DNA from: a virus
Direction: 5' to 3' (one strand)
Virus record (IMG/VR): IMGVR_UViG_3300005805_000048
Length of the DNA: 64,000 nt
The notes beneath the pieces were generated by a model, which was not told where the DNA came from, ran no database searches, and saw only the letters and a list, made by a program, of their open reading frames with translations. Below are positions 61,572 through 64,000 of the stretch, one piece after another (within the stretch, counting starts at the first letter, position 1; every line of letters starts with the position of its first letter). A program made the translations under genes and the position numbers.

Positions 61572-61910
61572 TTAAGCTGTAACTTCTTTAAGCCTTTGCC
61601 GGGTTGTTTGAACAAAGGCAAGCATTTGACTTCTTTTAAACTTACAAGGGTGGATCGGAACGTGATTCAGCCCAACGTGAACAGATATTGTTTGATCGCA
61701 ATTTGGGCACATCCAGTAACTTACTGGAGGAAATGTGTAATTTACAGGTTCATAATTTTCTTGAGCGGTTACAACCGTCTGCTGTTTTTGCTCAGATGCT
61801 TGTTCTTGATTAAAGTCAGCGCAATCAGGGCAAACGACGGGTTTACGTCCACGAGCTTTCTTTCGCTCCCACTTTTTATCACATTGAGTACATTCAAGCG
61901 TTTCTTTCAT
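61572..61910 (-). CDS. Zinc-ribbon protein
   Basis: CTQCDKKWERKKARGRKPVVCPDCADF and YWMCPNCDQTISVHVGLNHVPIHPC. Confidence 0.65.
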   Translation of the reverse strand: MKETLECTQCDKKWERKKARGRKPVVCPDCADFNQEQASEQKQQTVVTAQENYEPVNYTFPPVSYWMCPNCDQTISVHVGLNHVPIHPCKFKRSQMLAFVQTTRQRLKEVTA

Positions 61911-62010
61911 TTTGGCATCTCACTTTTAATATTGATTGTGAAACATAATATCAAGATATATAATAATAGAAAGAAAAGAAAATATCAACTTTAGCGTTAA
62001 ACTTTAAGAA

Positions 62011-62389
62011 CTATAGATTCCAAGAACTTGGCTCTAACCAAGTAATTGAAACAAGAAGGCCGTCTGTAAATTTAAGGTCTAATTCTACAAACATTTTTTT
62101 TGCACCTTCTTCGTAACACACATCTTCGGTAAAGTAAACAATAGTATAGGCTCTTATATGACCGTGGTATTCAATCTTAGTTTCTTTTGAGGGTTGTCCG
62201 TAACCGATAAGACAACTGGTACATTTCACCACCGGATGTAACCAGGTAGTGAGACATCAATTCTTCCAAGTCTTTCGTTTGAAAGCCATTTCGCTCAAAT
62301 GAAGCAGAAAAATAACGACGATAGTTCTCAGGTATGAAAGAAGGAATCTCGATTGGATGCATTATTTCTATTTCATCGTACAAACCCAT
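62011..62389 (-). CDS. Hypothetical protein, joined across a +1 shift at CGG (minus strand) 62206-62204 (..SGGEMYQLSY-[CGGT=G]-YGQPSKETKIEYHGHIRAYTIVYF..)
   Basis: ORFs 62177..62389 and 62011..62232 join in the +1 frame. Length 379 = 3n+1. Confidence 0.75.
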
Positions 62390-62820
62390 TATTGTTTACC
62401 TTTACTTTTGTGATAAAACATTCTAGCATAGTCTCTCAATTTTACTCTATTTTTTTCTCTGTACTGAGCAAGTCTTTTTCTTTGAGCAAGGACGCAAATA
62501 TCACACCTGCAACCATCTCTTCTATAATACTTGTAAGAACCGTGATTAACTGGCCTTCTTACTTTTTGTTCCTTGGTGCTTTTTTCTATATGGCAAGCAT
62601 TACATAAAACCTGGCACTTAGCTAATTCGTAATTACGAATATCTTCAGATCTCTGCCAAATATAATTTATTTCGTATTCTTTTGTTGAAGGATCTATATG
62701 ATCAACTTCAAGGTTATCCCAAGTTCCACAGCGAACGCATGGACCGTTTTCAGAAATCCATTGAGCTCTTCGCAACCTATTTCTTTGATATTTTTTTTCG
62801 TTATTCTCAGGCATACTCAC
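62389..62820 (-). CDS. HNH endonuclease
   Basis: CVRCGTWDNLEVDHIDPSTKE ... LCNACHIEKS. Confidence 0.85.
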   Translation of the reverse strand: MSMPENNEKKYQRNRLRRAQWISENGPCVRCGTWDNLEVDHIDPSTKEYEINYIWQRSEDIRNYELAKCQVLCNACHIEKSTKEQKVRRPVNHGSYKYYRRDGCRCDICVLAQRKRLAQYREKNRVKLRDYARMFYHKSKGKQ

Positions 62821-62825
62821 TCCTT

Positions 62826-62899
62826 TGGAGCGGGTAGAGGGAATCGAACCCTCACTTTCAGGTCGGAAGCATGACAGTCTACCATTAACTTATACCCGC
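62826..62899 (-). tRNA. tRNA-Gly-like, anticodon loop CUUCCGA (UCC + G37; potential four-base anticodon UCCG), CCA encoded
   Basis: Acceptor GCGGGTA/TACCCGC, D-arm AGTT-AATGGTA-GACT, AC arm TCATG-CTTCCGA-CCTGA (one U30-C40 mismatch), variable AAGT, T-arm GAGGG-TTCGATT-CCCTC, discriminator T73, CCA. Confidence 0.9.
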
Positions 62900-63136
62900 G
62901 TAAGGGTATAGTATATCATGGTTAAACCTCTTTGCATGCAATCCTGCACAAGCCAAAAAGCTATAAACTTTTTGGCGACAGTATTTATATTTATATACGT
63001 ATCGCCGTAAAGCTTTTACAGATCTTTTACCGAAACATTTAAACCACCAAAAACATACAAGGCTATGGCATTGATTTCTTCTTTATCAGCAAGATAATCA
63101 TTTACCACAACAGTGCTGTGGGAAAGTCGATGCCAG

Positions 63137-63445
63137 TTACTCCTGTGCCTGTTCTTGTGTTTTTTCTTTCGTTTCGACAATTTCTTCACCTTTACTGTAA
63201 ACAATAACTGAAGACTTACCAACTCTAGCTATGGGAACTCCTTCATAAGAATTCCTAATTTTTTTATTGAAATAAGCACCAAGCGATTCGGCGGCACAAA
63301 AAGAAGTATAAACCTTCTTTGGAACGCCCTTATACAACCAAATACTGCCACTGGCAAAAGTGATTATTAAGGACTTGCTAGAACGCTGCCAAACGATGTG
63401 TTCAATAAAAGAACTATTGACAAAGAATTTTTCTTGATCTGTCAT
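63137..63445 (-). CDS. KTSC-like small protein
   Basis: SSFIEHIVWQRSSKSLIITFASGSIWLYKGVPKKVYTSFCAAESLGAYFNKKIRNSY. Confidence 0.65.
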   Translation of the reverse strand: MTDQEKFFVNSSFIEHIVWQRSSKSLIITFASGSIWLYKGVPKKVYTSFCAAESLGAYFNKKIRNSYEGVPIARVGKSSVIVYSKGEEIVETKEKTQEQAQE

Positions 63446-63739
63446 TTTTCAACCAATACATCAAAGTAATCGATACCAGGAATTAAGCCCAAAGTAGAGC
63501 CATTGTCCCAATTAGCAAATATTGTACCAGCATCATCTACATGCGTAATTGTTCCAAGGTCTCCAGGCTTGAGATTTGTATATTCATCGGAGGTGCTTAT
63601 CAGAACGACACGCTTTCCGATTATTTTTTCTTTTTTTAAATCCCAATACTGTAAAAAAGATTTTAAACTTTCTATTTCACTTTGTAAAACAGTTTTTTCA
63701 TTAATAAGACCATCTATAATACTTTCGTATTTAATATTC
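63442..63739 (-). CDS. Hypothetical protein
   Basis: ORF 63442..63777 with probable ATG near 63739 (MNIKYESIIDGL). Confidence 0.45.
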
Positions 63740-63747
63740 ATGATCTG

Positions 63748-63819
63748 CGCCTCCACCAGGACTCGAACCTGGAACAAGGGATTAGAAGTCCCACGTTATA
63801 TCCTTTTAACTATAGAGGC
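63748..63819 (-). tRNA. tRNA-Arg (UCU anticodon)
   Basis: Acceptor GCCTCTA/TGGAGGC, anticodon loop CTTCTAA, T-arm CCAGG-TTCGAGT-CCTGG. Confidence 0.85.
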
Positions 63820-64000
63820 CTATGACAACTCTGATATTCTTTTCGTTTGAGGATAAGAATATGATATCAGTGTTCTGTCGTCAATGAACAACTTTGATTC
63901 TATCATGTTGTTATCTAGGACTCTATAGAAAAAACCATTATTCCAATAAGCACCTTCTACTAAAAATCCTTGTATTTTATTTAAATATCCTAAGTCTTTC
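63820..64000 (-). CDS. Hypothetical protein, partial (continues past the window)
   Basis: Minus-strand open frame ..KDLGYLNKIQGFLVEGAYWNNGFFYRVLDNNMIESKLFIDDRTLISYSYPQTKRISELS*. Confidence 0.5.
   Translation of the reverse strand, partial: KDLGYLNKIQGFLVEGAYWNNGFFYRVLDNNMIESKLFIDDRTLISYSYPQTKRISELS

Noticed and set aside
3308-62389. Explaining the broken genes as random sequencing/assembly indels or pseudogenes
   Set aside because: All 17 lesions are the same type (+1), at the same trinucleotide (CGG), on both strands, always leaving GGN=Gly at a plausible or conserved position. Random indels would be -1/+1/-2 at varied motifs and often in homopolymers. Raw reads should still be checked.
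62826-62899. Reading the tRNA as a standard tRNA-Arg with anticodon CCG
   Set aside because: Shifting the loop to place CCG at 34-36 destroys the anticodon stem; the acceptor stem, U73 and D-loop are tRNA-Gly-like. The best fold places UCC at 34-36 with G37.
1-64000. CRISPR arrays, integrase/att sites, transposons
   Set aside because: No direct-repeat/spacer array, transposase or integrase was recognised in the window.

Overview
This window is a contiguous stretch of an AT-rich tailed-phage genome. Gene content (ThyX, adenosylcobalamin-dependent RNR, proteasome-beta-like protein, MSMEG_6728-like glycosylase) suggests an actinobacterial host. It contains tail/structural genes (0-10 kb), nucleotide metabolism and replication (DnaB-like helicase, AEP-type primase, PHP-containing DnaE, RecB/Cas4-like nucleases, sigma-like factor, RNase H, dNMP kinase), a VanY/PG-binding endolysin-like gene, many tiny Lys-rich genes, and an unusual tailoring cassette (glycosyltransferases, 2OG-Fe dioxygenases, flavin halogenase, carbamoyltransferase, sulfotransferase-like proteins). 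A 1.26-kaa Thr-rich C-type-lectin surface protein and tRNA genes on the minus strand near the right edge are also present. MAIN OBSERVATION: 15 genes on both strands are broken in the supplied ORF track, and every break is repaired the same way. At an in-frame CGG codon the reading frame moves +1, so the quadruplet CGGN is read as one glycine (17 sites; CGGA x8, CGGC x4, CGGT x3, CGGG x2). Repair restores hallmark glycines: DnaE KPILG-SEFY, RecB/Cas4 G-x3-H, VanY SQHNTG-LAVD, lipase FRG-TE, carbamoyltransferase MIIG-IN. In an eye scan of the other recognisable genes I found no in-frame CGG read as Arg, although the CGG trinucleotide is common out of frame. The window also encodes a tRNA-Gly-like gene (complement 62826..62899, U73 and CCA encoded) whose anticodon loop is CUUCCGA. 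UCC is followed by G37 instead of the usual A, giving a potential four-base anticodon 5'-UCCG-3' exactly complementary to CGGA and wobble-compatible with CGGN. This looks like a natural, genome-wide quadruplet codon (CGGN = Gly) with a phage-encoded cognate tRNA.
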